Positions 10,137 through 20,346 of a stretch of 52,183 bases of DNA are shown piece by piece (positions within the stretch are counted from its first letter, which is position 1; each line of letters starts with the position of its first letter). The stretch comes from Promethearchaeota archaeon (GTDB lineage: Archaea > Asgardarchaeota > Lokiarchaeia > Sigyniarchaeales > SOKP01): positions 1 through 52,183 of the forward strand of contig JBHLLU010000029.1 in the NCBI GenBank assembly GCA_048938895.1. The letters are read 5' to 3'. The translations under genes were made by a program, and so were the position numbers. The notes under the pieces were generated by a model. That model made no database searches, was not told where the DNA came from, and saw nothing but the letters and a program-made list of their open reading frames with translations.

Positions 10137-11951
10137 ATGTGGTATGGCTTAGAATCCGAAGAGTATGATAGGGTTTACAAAGATAGGGTTTTGGTAAAGC
10201 GAATTATTCAATATTTTAGTCCCTATAAACGTCCTATGTCTTTTGTAATTTTTCTTCTAACTCTCTCCTCTTTGTCTAGTTCACTTACCCCAGTTCTCAC
10301 AACCATTATTTTAAATAACCTAGAAACCAATCGAAATATATTTTATTTAACACTAGTAATATCTTTTACTTTTGCATTAAATATACTTGGATGGGTTTTC
10401 AATTATTTTCTACGTCGTAAAATTTCAAAAGTAATTGGAGAAGTAGTATTAGATTTAAGAAGAGATGCTGGAGAAGCCGTACTTTCGCATGATTTATCAT
10501 TTTTCGATAGGAATCCGATAGGTAAAGTAGTAAGTCGTATAAATACAGATTCCCAAGATCTAGGCCAAGTAGTAGAACTTTCACTCGATCTTGTGTCTTC
10601 ATTTTTTATTGTTGCTTTTCTATTAATTGTAATGGCATATATGAACATGATGCTATTTTTAGCTACATTAATTACTTTTCCATTGTTCTTTATCATAGCA
10701 CTTTCTTATCGTAAAGTTGCTAGAAAAAGAGCTTTGTTGGGTCAACGAGCTCTCGCTTCTGTAAATGCTTATGTTAAAGAGAGTTTTTCCGGTATACAAA
10801 TTGCAAAAACATTTCGAAAGGAAGCAAAATTATATGAAACATTTAATGAAGTAAATGATATTTCTTATAAAGTTAATTTACGTAGAGGACTTATCTTCAG
10901 TATAGTTTGGCCTGCTTTAAGCATGATTCAAGGATTGGTATTAACTTTAATCGTATATATTGGGGGAGCAAGTGTATTAAATGGATCCCTAAGTATAGGT
11001 GATTTAAACTTATTTTTATCAGGATTGAACTTTCTATTTTTCCCGCTGATCACTATTGCTTCTTTTTGGCCAGTATTTCAGACAGGTATGGCGGCATCAG
11101 AGCGTATTTTTGCCTTAATTGATACAATACCTTTAGTAATTCAAAATGATGATATAAAGCCTTTAAAACTAAATGGCGAAATTGAATTCAAAAATGTTAC
11201 TTTTCGATATGAAGAATCAAAGGAAGTATTTCAAAACTTTAATTTAAAAATCCATCCTGGAGAATCCTTAGCAATTGTTGGGCATACAGGTGCAGGGAAG
11301 TCAAGTTTGGCGAAATTAATTGCTAGATTCTATGAATTTCAGGAAGGTGATGTTTTAGTAGATGGTCAAAGCATAAGAAACTACAATTTAAATGAATATA
11401 GAAAACAAATAGGAATTATTCCTCAAACTCCCTTCTTATGGGCGGATACACTTGAAAATAATATTAAATATTGTTGTAAAAATGCTACGGATGATGCTGT
11501 TTTTAATGCTCTTGACAGTTCTAGTGGTTCTGATTGGATTGATGATCTACCTTATGGATTAAAAACGTTCACAGGGGAACGAGGTAGTCTCCTTTCAATG
11601 GGACAACGTCAATTAGTAGTTTTTGCCCGTGTCTTACTCGAAAATCCCTCTATTCTTATTCTTGATGAGGCTACTGCTTCAGTTGATCCATTTACTGAAA
11701 CTAAAATTCAAGACGCATTACAGAAAACTATTGAAGGTCGCACCTCTATTATTATAGCACATCGGCTTTGGACCGTGAGACACGTTGATCGTATAATCGT
11801 CATGGATCACGGAAAAATTGTGGAGGAAGGCAACCATGATGAGTTAATGTCTAAAGGGGGAACTTATGCGGAACTATACAATACTTATTTCAGGCACCAA
11901 AGCCTTGACTATATAGAAAAAATGAAAGAAATTGTACAAAATAAAACCTAG
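10137..11951 (+). CDS. ABC exporter TMD-NBD subunit (heterodimer partner 2)
   Basis: GHTGAGKS, degenerate signature LSMGQRQ, ILILDEATASVD; arrangement like TM287/288. Confidence 0.93.
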   Translation: MWYGLESEEYDRVYKDRVLVKRIIQYFSPYKRPMSFVIFLLTLSSLSSSLTPVLTTIILNNLETNRNIFYLTLVISFTFALNILGWVFNYFLRRKISKVIGEVVLDLRRDAGEAVLSHDLSFFDRNPIGKVVSRINTDSQDLGQVVELSLDLVSSFFIVAFLLIVMAYMNMMLFLATLITFPLFFIIALSYRKVARKRALLGQRALASVNAYVKESFSGIQIAKTFRKEAKLYETFNEVNDISYKVNLRRGLIFSIVWPALSMIQGLVLTLIVYIGGASVLNGSLSIGDLNLFLSGLNFLFFPLITIASFWPVFQTGMAASERIFALIDTIPLVIQNDDIKPLKLNGEIEFKNVTFRYEESKEVFQNFNLKIHPGESLAIVGHTGAGKSSLAKLIARFYEFQEGDVLVDGQSIRNYNLNEYRKQIGIIPQTPFLWADTLENNIKYCCKNATDDAVFNALDSSSGSDWIDDLPYGLKTFTGERGSLLSMGQRQLVVFARVLLENPSILILDEATASVDPFTETKIQDALQKTIEGRTSIIIAHRLWTVRHVDRIIVMDHGKIVEEGNHDELMSKGGTYAELYNTYFRHQSLDYIEKMKEIVQNKT

Positions 11952-12062
11952 TACCATATTCTGTTTTTTAAAAATTGGGCTCTATAAATTATTTATAACC
12001 ATATTTATTCCTTATACTTAAGGAGATTTGATTCTCATTTATAGGGTTGAGGTTATAAAATA

Positions 12063-12314
12063 ATGAAAGTTAGTGTCAAATATTATGAAGTTTTGGAAGA
12101 AAGTTTAATAGAAGAATTAGAATGGTTGAAAGAAGAATTTCTAATCTTATTTAAATCCAAGGCGGGGAATTATACTGAACGTGAAAAAATAACTGCAAAT
12201 GAAATTTTAGATTATGTTATGGAAAATATGTATGTCTATGACAATATGATATTCCTTACTTTATTTACCGAAACAATAGAAAATATTGAAAAGATGTATC
12301 CTAACTTATTTTAA
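12063..12314 (+). CDS. Small acidic hypothetical protein
   Basis: 83-aa ORF with GAGGT SD upstream. Confidence 0.7.
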   Translation: MKVSVKYYEVLEESLIEELEWLKEEFLILFKSKAGNYTEREKITANEILDYVMENMYVYDNMIFLTLFTETIENIEKMYPNLF

Positions 12315-14033
12315 ATCTTCATTTAATTCCTTAATTCTGCTAATACTCCCCAATCCTTTTAATCCTAAATGAAACATAAAAAAACTAAATACCATTATCG
12401 AGAGGATTAATCCTGGCCAAAAATAGGCCCAGGGAGCATCATATGGATTTTCTCTAGCCACGTTAATATCACCCCCTAATATTGTTCTTATCTCTTGGAT
12501 AAATCCTAAATATGCAACTGAATTGTAAAGAAGAATTGAAACCGCTATACCCAATGGAATAAATGAAATTAGCGATCTAGCTATTTTATAAATCAATTCT
12601 TTATTAATTTCTTCTGACATAACATTAGCGGTGACATATGTAAATAATGGGATAAGCATAAATCCAATCGATATCATAGCTATAAAATAAGAAAGATCAA
12701 ATATCATTAATAGTAATATGACGAAAAGAATTGAAGGAAACAAATAAAATAACATCATAAACGCCATAATAAGTTTATATCCCCAACATTTAAATCTCCC
12801 TGCAACAAACCCAAAATTCACGCCTCCGATCATTCCGATAATTACTGTTGCTAGTCCAAAAACTAGAGAATCTCCTATTCCATACATAGTTCTCCCTAGT
12901 ACATCACCCCCCATTGCAGTCTGCCCTAATGGATGATCAGGAGTCGGAGGATTCCATGAACCTGAATGTGGTTGTAAGACATAATCTAAAGAATATTGAG
13001 TTATAATTCTGGGAAAAATTGCTAGAATGACCAATGTTAAAACAGAAATTATTCCTATTATAAAAATGGGAGACTTTAATCTGAGCACCAAATAATCTTT
13101 TAACTTTTCTTCATTTCGAGGATTAGATTCTAAGATTTTGGTTTTAGGTGTGTAAAACTTTGAAAACATTTCTCTAAACCTATCACTAGCTAGGTACTGA
13201 TACAAAATGAAATGCATGTTTGATATTATTATGGTAAAGACCAAAACCATCACTAGTATATATAAAGCTGCTAAGATAACGTAATAATCGTTCAATAGAA
13301 GAGCATCTATAAGCAATTTTCCAAAACTGTTAACACCAAAAGTCGTATCTAATAATAGATAGAATGCAAAAATTATACCAAATAACTTAGCCACTATTAA
13401 TGTAAATGGGATAATTGATCTATTGTTTTGCTTCTTAGTCAAATAAGAGCGAGTCTGTAAAGTAATTATTGCGATAATAGCCAAGGTTAGTATAAATCTG
13501 GTCGCAAAAATGATCATCCCAAAGCTGTAACCAAAGTAAAACACAAAATACCAACCACTGAAGAAAACTGGAATGGCTAGAATAAAATAGCAAAAAATCT
13601 GAATTACAATATCCTGCCATTTATTTCTATATCTAGATGAGACCATTCCTAACAAGATTCCAAATAATATGCCAATTATTACCGGGACAAAAATTACTAC
13701 TATTGTAGCTGGAAGTTTACTTTTAATAAGAGTATAAACCAGCATATTTCTTACTATGCTAATGGAACGCCCCCAATTACCACTAAAAAGGCGACCAACA
13801 TAATTTAGAAACTGAGCAAAAAACGGTAAATCTAACCCTAGCTGGTGTTTCATAGCATCAATCAATTCTTGACTTGGGTCATAAATACCCGCGGCAGAGA
13901 GTGCCCTTGGTACTATGTCTCCTGGGAGTAATTTAAAAGTTAAAAAACTTAAAATGAGTCCAATAAAAAAGATTGCTTGGACTAATATGACTGTAAAAAT
14001 GAGATTTATATGGATGCTCTTAAGTTTTCCCAT
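12306..14033 (-). CDS. Fused DppB-DppC type peptide ABC permease
   Basis: N half LLPGD...LGLDLP...GNWGRS (DppB); C half PPTPDHPLGQT..GGDVLGR...APWAYFWPG (DppC). Confidence 0.85.
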   Translation of the reverse strand: MGKLKSIHINLIFTVILVQAIFFIGLILSFLTFKLLPGDIVPRALSAAGIYDPSQELIDAMKHQLGLDLPFFAQFLNYVGRLFSGNWGRSISIVRNMLVYTLIKSKLPATIVVIFVPVIIGILFGILLGMVSSRYRNKWQDIVIQIFCYFILAIPVFFSGWYFVFYFGYSFGMIIFATRFILTLAIIAIITLQTRSYLTKKQNNRSIIPFTLIVAKLFGIIFAFYLLLDTTFGVNSFGKLLIDALLLNDYYVILAALYILVMVLVFTIIISNMHFILYQYLASDRFREMFSKFYTPKTKILESNPRNEEKLKDYLVLRLKSPIFIIGIISVLTLVILAIFPRIITQYSLDYVLQPHSGSWNPPTPDHPLGQTAMGGDVLGRTMYGIGDSLVFGLATVIIGMIGGVNFGFVAGRFKCWGYKLIMAFMMLFYLFPSILFVILLLMIFDLSYFIAMISIGFMLIPLFTYVTANVMSEEINKELIYKIARSLISFIPLGIAVSILLYNSVAYLGFIQEIRTILGGDINVARENPYDAPWAYFWPGLILSIMVFSFFMFHLGLKGLGSISRIKELNEDLK

Positions 14034-14225
14034 AAACTTCTGCCCTTTAGAATTAATAGTTTTTTATGAATAATAATGTCAATATATTATTTAAAATTTA
14101 ATTTCTCTAAAAGGATTTGATTATGCTCAAAACAATTATGGTTTTTAAAGATTTTTATGACTTATAACTTCTAGAGAATAATAAAATAAAGTTAAATGAA
14201 TTATTAGTTATAATTAAAGTTTAAA

Positions 14226-15476
14226 ATGAGAAAAATGGTTGCTATAAAACTTACAGATGATATTTTCTGGGTGGGTGCTAATGTACACACAGAGGATTTA
14301 TTTGAAGGGATATGGCCTATCCCTAATGGTGTTGCTCTAAATTCTTATATCGTTATGGGTGATAAGATCGCGATAATTGAATTAGTTCGAGAATGGGGAG
14401 GTGCAGCTCAAACTCTACTTAAAAACCTCGAATCAATTTCTGTTAAATTGGAGGATATTGATTATATTATATTAAATCATCTCGAACCAGATCATACAGG
14501 GATGACTTTTTTGATAAAGTCTTTATCTCCTAAAGCAGAAATCATATCTACACAGAAAGGTATCGATTTGGTAAATGCTTTTTACCATATTGATGATAGA
14601 GTTAAGATCATTAAAACTGGTGATGAAATAGATTTAGGAAAGGATAAAAAATTAAAATTCTTTGAAATACCAAATGTTCATTGGCCAGAAACGATGGTAA
14701 CTTATGAAGAAAGTTCAGGAATTTTGTTTTCAGGAGATGCATTTGGGGCATTTGGTGTCCATAAAGGATCGATTTTTGAAGACGAAACTCCAGAAGAAAC
14801 CAAACCCTATTGGGAGGAAGAAATTCTGCGTTATTATTCAAATATTATCCCAATGTTTTCAGGAAATGTATTACGTGCAATTGATAAGCTAGCAGATTTA
14901 AAAATTAATATGGTTGCCCCCTCTCATGGCTTAATTTGGCGTAAATCTCCCGAAATAATTATAAAAAAGTATAAACGATTAGCAAATTATAATCAAGATT
15001 ATGCGGAACCAGAGATATGTGTAATATGGGGAAGTATGTATGGTAATACCGAAGTGATGTTAAATTCGATTTTAAAAGGTCTTGGAAAAGCAGGAATACC
15101 CGTAAATATACATCGGGTACCTAATGAGGATCCTTCGTTTATTCTTTCTGATGCATATAAATCTGCAGGGTTAATAATTGGTGCTCCTACTTATGAATAT
15201 GGAATGTTTCCTCCAATGAGATATATCATGGATTTATTAAAAAAAAAATTTATGAATCACAAGAAGGTTCTTTATTTTGGATCATATGGTTGGAGTGGAG
15301 GTGCTAAAAAAGATTTCGATACACTCTCAGAAAAAATGAAGTGGGATATACAAGAGCCAATTGTTTATCGTGGATACCCTTCTGATGAAGAATTAGAAAA
15401 AGGAGAAGAAATAGCTTATAATTTAGCTAAGGAAATCGAGAAAATACCTTCTAAAATCAAAGATGAGAATTACTAA
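14226..15476 (+). CDS. fprA: Flavodiiron protein (A-type flavoprotein)
   Basis: NHLEPDH, HWPETM, SGDAFG, PSHG, flavodoxin SMYGNT and GSYGWSGG. Confidence 0.93.
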   Translation: MRKMVAIKLTDDIFWVGANVHTEDLFEGIWPIPNGVALNSYIVMGDKIAIIELVREWGGAAQTLLKNLESISVKLEDIDYIILNHLEPDHTGMTFLIKSLSPKAEIISTQKGIDLVNAFYHIDDRVKIIKTGDEIDLGKDKKLKFFEIPNVHWPETMVTYEESSGILFSGDAFGAFGVHKGSIFEDETPEETKPYWEEEILRYYSNIIPMFSGNVLRAIDKLADLKINMVAPSHGLIWRKSPEIIIKKYKRLANYNQDYAEPEICVIWGSMYGNTEVMLNSILKGLGKAGIPVNIHRVPNEDPSFILSDAYKSAGLIIGAPTYEYGMFPPMRYIMDLLKKKFMNHKKVLYFGSYGWSGGAKKDFDTLSEKMKWDIQEPIVYRGYPSDEELEKGEEIAYNLAKEIEKIPSKIKDENY

Positions 15477-15823
15477 AACCATATTTTTAAAAAATTTGGA
15501 GAAGAAATACTCACTGAAAGACAAATCATTTCACTTTTCTTTTATGATTCTATAAATTAATTATTTTTAGTACTGGAAAAGTCTTCCCATGTGCCTCTGT
15601 CCTTTTGGATTATTAGTATTTCAATTTAACAGTTAACTTCCTCTTTCAGAAATGGGTTAAAAATCCATTCTATTCCTCCTTTATGTAGTAAGAATTTATG
15701 GAGCTTAAAAAAAAATTCAACCATCAAGAACATGATAACAAAAAGAAATGAAATAAAAAATAGATATTTGGAAAATAATATATAATATATATAATAAATA
15801 TATAAGTATTTTGAAGCTATTTT

Positions 15824-17473
15824 CTAAAATTTGATTTTTTTTAGTACAGGATATCTCCTACCAATCCCAAAAGCACTTTCACTTACCTTAATTGTCTGAA
15901 CAAGTTGTCTTCGTTTATACTCTGAGTTTAAATATAAATTCCTTACTTTTCTGATTGTCTCGATATCAAATCCTCTGTTTATTAAATCTTTTAGTTCAGA
16001 ACCGATTCCATTCTCAATAATTACTTCTAATATTACATCTAAAATTTCATAAGGTGGTAATGAATCACTATCTTTCTGATTTTCTCTCAATTCAGCAGTA
16101 GGGGGACGTTCTATTATCCCAGTTGGGATAATCTCTTTTTCTTTATTTATCCAATCACAAATATCATATATCTGAACTTTTAAGAGATCCCCAGGAACAT
16201 TTTTCCCTCCACAGGTATCTCCATATAATGTGCAATATCCTACAGCAATCTCAGATTTATTACCAGTTGAGACCAAAAGCCAATTAAATTTGTTAGAATA
16301 ATACATTAAAAGATTAGCTCTAATCCTTGCCTGAAGATTCTCATCTGCAATGTCAAAGGGTAGCTTTCCAAGGTTTCCCTCTAAGTTTTGCTGGTAAACG
16401 GAAAAAACTTCGTCTATGGGATGAATTATATACTTAATATTCAGATTTTCGCATAAATCACGAGCAAGATCAAGGCTTTCTTTTGATGTAAATCTTGTTG
16501 GCATCATAACAGCTGTAACTTTATCTGAACCAAGAGCCTTTGCACAAATATAAGCAGTAAAGGCAGAATCGATCCCTCCACTTAAACCTAAAACAGTTCC
16601 ATCGAATATACCACTTTTGCAATAATAATCATTCAAATTCAGCTTTAAAGCATTTATTACCTCCTCTCTCCAATCAACTTGATAAACTTTCTCATCGATT
16701 GGTTGAGTGTTTTTTATAGATAACTTAAATTTACATATATCCTCTTCAAATCCTTTTGCCTTAAAAATTACCTGACCAAATTTGTTTGTAATAAAACTTT
16801 GACCATCATATACTATCTCATCAAGCCCTCCAACCATGTTAACATATACAATTGGTACGGATAATTCCTTTGATTTTTCTTTTATTAAATCAGTTCGTAA
16901 TTTAAACTTATTAATATGATAAGGTGAAGCATTTATTACAATTAATAGTTCTGCCCCATTTATTACTAAATTCTTTGCTACTTTTATATCATAATGCTCA
17001 TCCCAAATATCTTCACAGATTAAAATACCGCACTTCACGTCTTTTATATAGATTGGCTTAAACTTATCATCAAAAGAGAAATATCTTCTCTCATCAAAAA
17101 CATCATAATTTGGTAATAAGCGTTTATTCACATATGCCTTTATCTTATTATTTTCAATTATAATCGCGGAATTGTAAAAACGCTGGATTTTTCCTTCTAA
17201 CTCTTCTGGTTCTGTAAAAGTGCCTAAAATAATTGTCGCTTTTGTTTTTGTTTCTTTAATTTTCTCAATGGATTCAAGATTCTTACGTCTAATTAAAGGA
17301 TCATGAATATGGTCCATAATTGGATAACCGACTAATGCCATCTCAGGAAAGATTATAATATCATTCGCTTGGTGGTTTTTTATAGCATCAATTATTTTTG
17401 CAGTATTAAATTCAATATCTCCTACAATTGGGTTTATTTGGGCAATAATTATGTTTAAGATCGTTTCTCCCAT
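15824..17473 (-). CDS. nadE: Glutamine-dependent NAD+ synthetase
   Basis: Nitrilase domain (FPEM, LPNYDVFDE, ICEDIW) fused to LSGGIDSA, NLQARIR, TGNKSE, PPTAEL. Confidence 0.96.
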   Translation of the reverse strand: MGETILNIIIAQINPIVGDIEFNTAKIIDAIKNHQANDIIIFPEMALVGYPIMDHIHDPLIRRKNLESIEKIKETKTKATIILGTFTEPEELEGKIQRFYNSAIIIENNKIKAYVNKRLLPNYDVFDERRYFSFDDKFKPIYIKDVKCGILICEDIWDEHYDIKVAKNLVINGAELLIVINASPYHINKFKLRTDLIKEKSKELSVPIVYVNMVGGLDEIVYDGQSFITNKFGQVIFKAKGFEEDICKFKLSIKNTQPIDEKVYQVDWREEVINALKLNLNDYYCKSGIFDGTVLGLSGGIDSAFTAYICAKALGSDKVTAVMMPTRFTSKESLDLARDLCENLNIKYIIHPIDEVFSVYQQNLEGNLGKLPFDIADENLQARIRANLLMYYSNKFNWLLVSTGNKSEIAVGYCTLYGDTCGGKNVPGDLLKVQIYDICDWINKEKEIIPTGIIERPPTAELRENQKDSDSLPPYEILDVILEVIIENGIGSELKDLINRGFDIETIRKVRNLYLNSEYKRRQLVQTIKVSESAFGIGRRYPVLKKIKF

Positions 17474-18003
17474 CCTACATCATCAATAATAATATTCACA
17501 AGTTATTATTTGTAAGGATTAGAAAAATGAAAAAAAATATAAAAAAAAAATGAAATACAAAAAATATGATATGGTCATGATGAATGAAGGTACTCGATCT
17601 TTTAAAGAAAAATATTATGTTGGAAGGGTAATATATTAATATCAGAATTTTCCATATCAACACTATATTGCATAGCTCCAGATATTCCACAGGCAATATA
17701 TAATTGAGGTTGTACTACTTTTCCAGACATTCCAAAGAACATTTACATACCTTAATTTTATAACTCGTTTATAGTATGAGTCAATAACCTACATATTCAT
17801 ACTTTTTCATAAAATGAGTGATTTTCATAGTATATGTTTCCTAAAAGTTCATAATATTAACCAAAAATTAATAAAGAATATTCCAAATTATCAATAAATA
17901 TTAAATATTCAATATCCCTATTTATATTTAAATTTTAGAATTTAGGATCTAAAAAATTTGATATATAATTAATTAAACTAAAATTTAAAAGAAGTGGATA
18001 AAT

Positions 18004-19203
18004 TTGGCAGGTGCAGACATATCTTTTATCTTATTATGTACCGGATTAGTTTTTATAATGACTCCAGGTCTAGCCTTCTTCTATGGAGGATTGCTTCGTA
18101 GGAAGAACATCCTAAATATGATGGCAATGTGCTTTGTCTCAATTTCTATTGTGACTATTGGGTGGTTCATTTTAGGTTATAGCTTAGCATTTGCTCCTGA
18201 TATCGGAGGAGGAATTATTGGAAACTTTAACTTTTTTGCCCTTTTTGGAGTAGGAATGGATTCTTATCCTGTATATTCTGATGCAATTCCCCATTTGTTA
18301 TATATGGTATTTCAATTAATGTTTGCAATAATTACAGTAGCAATTATAGCAAGTCCTTTCGCAGAAAGGGTAAATTTTAAAGCGTTCATGGTATTTATCG
18401 CAATATGGTTAATCGTTGTATATACTCCCATAGCTCATTGGGTTTGGGGAGATGGAGGGTGGTTGGGCGCATTAGGTGCATTAGATTTTGCTGGGGGCAC
18501 AGTTGTACATATTAATGTTGGATTTGCTTCTTTAGCAGTTGCTTTAGTAATTAAGCCTAGGAAGGGATACCCAAAAGAACCAATGGATCCTTCTAACATC
18601 CCTTATGTTTTACTTGGCACAGGATTACTCTGGCTAGGCTGGTTTGGATTTAATGGAGGCAGTGCTTTAGCTGCGAATAGCACGGCAGTATTAGCCATGT
18701 TTAATACTCATTTAGCAGCTAGCACGTCGGCTTTAACATGGATGATAATTGAATATTATAAAAAAGAAAAATTTAGCACGTTAGGGTTAGCGACAGGTGC
18801 TTTAGCTGGACTGGTTGCGATTACTCCTGCAGCAGGTTTCGTTCAGCCCTGGGCAGCTTTGATAATTGGAGTGATATCTGCTGTAATATGTTATGGTATT
18901 CTTACTTGGCGTTCACGCTCTAAAATTGACGAATCGTTAGATGCTTGGGCTGTCCATGGATGGGGTGGTATCTGGGGAGCAATCGCTACAGGAATCTTTG
19001 CAAGTGTAGGTGTTTCTGGATTAATCAAAGGAAACGTTGGACAAGTCTGGATTCAAAGTATTGGAGTTATTGCAACGATATTTTATTCGTTTTTACTAAC
19101 ATGGGTAATTGCTAAAGTAATTAATAAATTAATGAATTTACGTACAACTGAAGAAGTAGAATATTTGGGAATTGATATCGCAATCCATGGAGAAAAAGTA
19201 TAA
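18004..19203 (+). CDS. amtB: Ammonium transporter
   Basis: MTPGLAFFYGG, FQLMFA, AHWVW, DFAGGTVVH, GWFGFNGGS; TTG start. Confidence 0.97.
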   Translation: MAGADISFILLCTGLVFIMTPGLAFFYGGLLRRKNILNMMAMCFVSISIVTIGWFILGYSLAFAPDIGGGIIGNFNFFALFGVGMDSYPVYSDAIPHLLYMVFQLMFAIITVAIIASPFAERVNFKAFMVFIAIWLIVVYTPIAHWVWGDGGWLGALGALDFAGGTVVHINVGFASLAVALVIKPRKGYPKEPMDPSNIPYVLLGTGLLWLGWFGFNGGSALAANSTAVLAMFNTHLAASTSALTWMIIEYYKKEKFSTLGLATGALAGLVAITPAAGFVQPWAALIIGVISAVICYGILTWRSRSKIDESLDAWAVHGWGGIWGAIATGIFASVGVSGLIKGNVGQVWIQSIGVIATIFYSFLLTWVIAKVINKLMNLRTTEEVEYLGIDIAIHGEKV

Positions 19204-19219
19204 AGGTGGTCTAAGTTAA

Positions 19220-19561
19220 ATGAAAAAAATAGAATGTTTTATACGACCTGAGAAATTAGAGGCTATAAAAGAAGGATTATTTGAAAAAGGAATTAAGGGT
19301 ATGAGTGTCTATGAAGTGAGAGGTCACGGTAACCAACGTGGAATCAAACTTGTAGGACGTACTGGTGAATATTGCGTTGAATGGATTGATAAATTAAAAC
19401 TTGAGATTATTGTTAGTAATAAAGTTAATATTGATGAAATTCTTGACATTATTATAGAAAAAGCCCAAACAGGAAAAATTGGCGACGGAAAAATATTTCT
19501 TATACCTGTAGAAACTGCAATTCGGATCAGGACAAATGAGAAAGGAGAAGATACATTATAA
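19220..19561 (+). CDS. glnK: P-II nitrogen regulatory protein
   Basis: IRPEKL, GHGNQRG, TGKIGDGKIF, IRIRT; directly downstream of amtB. Confidence 0.93.
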   Translation: MKKIECFIRPEKLEAIKEGLFEKGIKGMSVYEVRGHGNQRGIKLVGRTGEYCVEWIDKLKLEIIVSNKVNIDEILDIIIEKAQTGKIGDGKIFLIPVETAIRIRTNEKGEDTL

Positions 19562-19632
19562 ATTAAAAACTGACTACATGGTCTATCATAAGATCTTTCA
19601 TTCTTCTCGGAATCCTATGGATACCGCCACTC

Positions 19633-20226
19633 TTAAAAAACCCCATTATTTAGGATAATTTTAAGTTTTGAAAACCCTTCTTTGATAGTAGTTTTAAATC
19701 CCATTCCATGTAGTACTTCCTCAAGAAATGTTTTGATAAAATTTCTCTGAATATCAGATCCTAAGAGTAATGTAAAACTATTTGATGAATCTTTAACCAT
19801 TTTGAAGAAATTACATGCTTCAAGGCGTTCGATAACTTTTTGAACAGTAATTATCTCAAGATCTTCAGAAAATTCTTCAGCATGTGCTTTACCAATCGAT
19901 TTATTTATTTTTGAAAATTCTTCTTTTTCGGGAGAATGTTCAATGAATTTTAGAAATAACAAATAATGATCCACATCTAATATAATATGCTCTCCTTGGG
20001 CCAATAAATCGATATATATATTTACTCGTTCTGCCATTCCATTTCCTCTATTATTAAAAACTTTTTTAAACTTGTGATAAAACCTAATTGCTTTCCTTAT
20101 TATTTCTGATTGTGATGTAGGTGAATTTTCTTTTAATTTCCCTAAAACCTCATTTGTTTCGTGGTCTAACGCAATTGTTATTCGATTACTTATTTTATTA
20201 TTCTCTTTTCTTTCCATTCTTATCAT
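19633..20226 (-). CDS. Ribbon-helix-helix (CopG-like) regulator with C-terminal putative ligand-binding domain
   Basis: RITIALD...SQSEIIRKAI RHH pattern; lies between glnK and glnA. Confidence 0.75.
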   Translation of the reverse strand: MIRMERKENNKISNRITIALDHETNEVLGKLKENSPTSQSEIIRKAIRFYHKFKKVFNNRGNGMAERVNIYIDLLAQGEHIILDVDHYLLFLKFIEHSPEKEEFSKINKSIGKAHAEEFSEDLEIITVQKVIERLEACNFFKMVKDSSNSFTLLLGSDIQRNFIKTFLEEVLHGMGFKTTIKEGFSKLKIILNNGVF

Positions 20227-20346
20227 TTATAGAATAGATAATATATATCAACTTCAAAAACTCTTATTGATACAATCTCTAGATGAACACTATGTAGAAA
20301 AATCGATTGTTTGTCGCTAGAATTTTAAAAAAATAAAATAAAATTA

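Noticed and set aside
15657-15682. Perfect AAGGAGG SD plus ATG on the minus strand
   Set aside because: Frame stops after three codons (ATG GAT TTT TAA)
17577-17640. ATGATGA possible box C
   Set aside because: No properly spaced D'/C'/D boxes or terminal stem
17496-17696. 66-aa minus-strand ORF upstream of nadE
   Set aside because: Derived from poly-A/T low-complexity intergenic DNA
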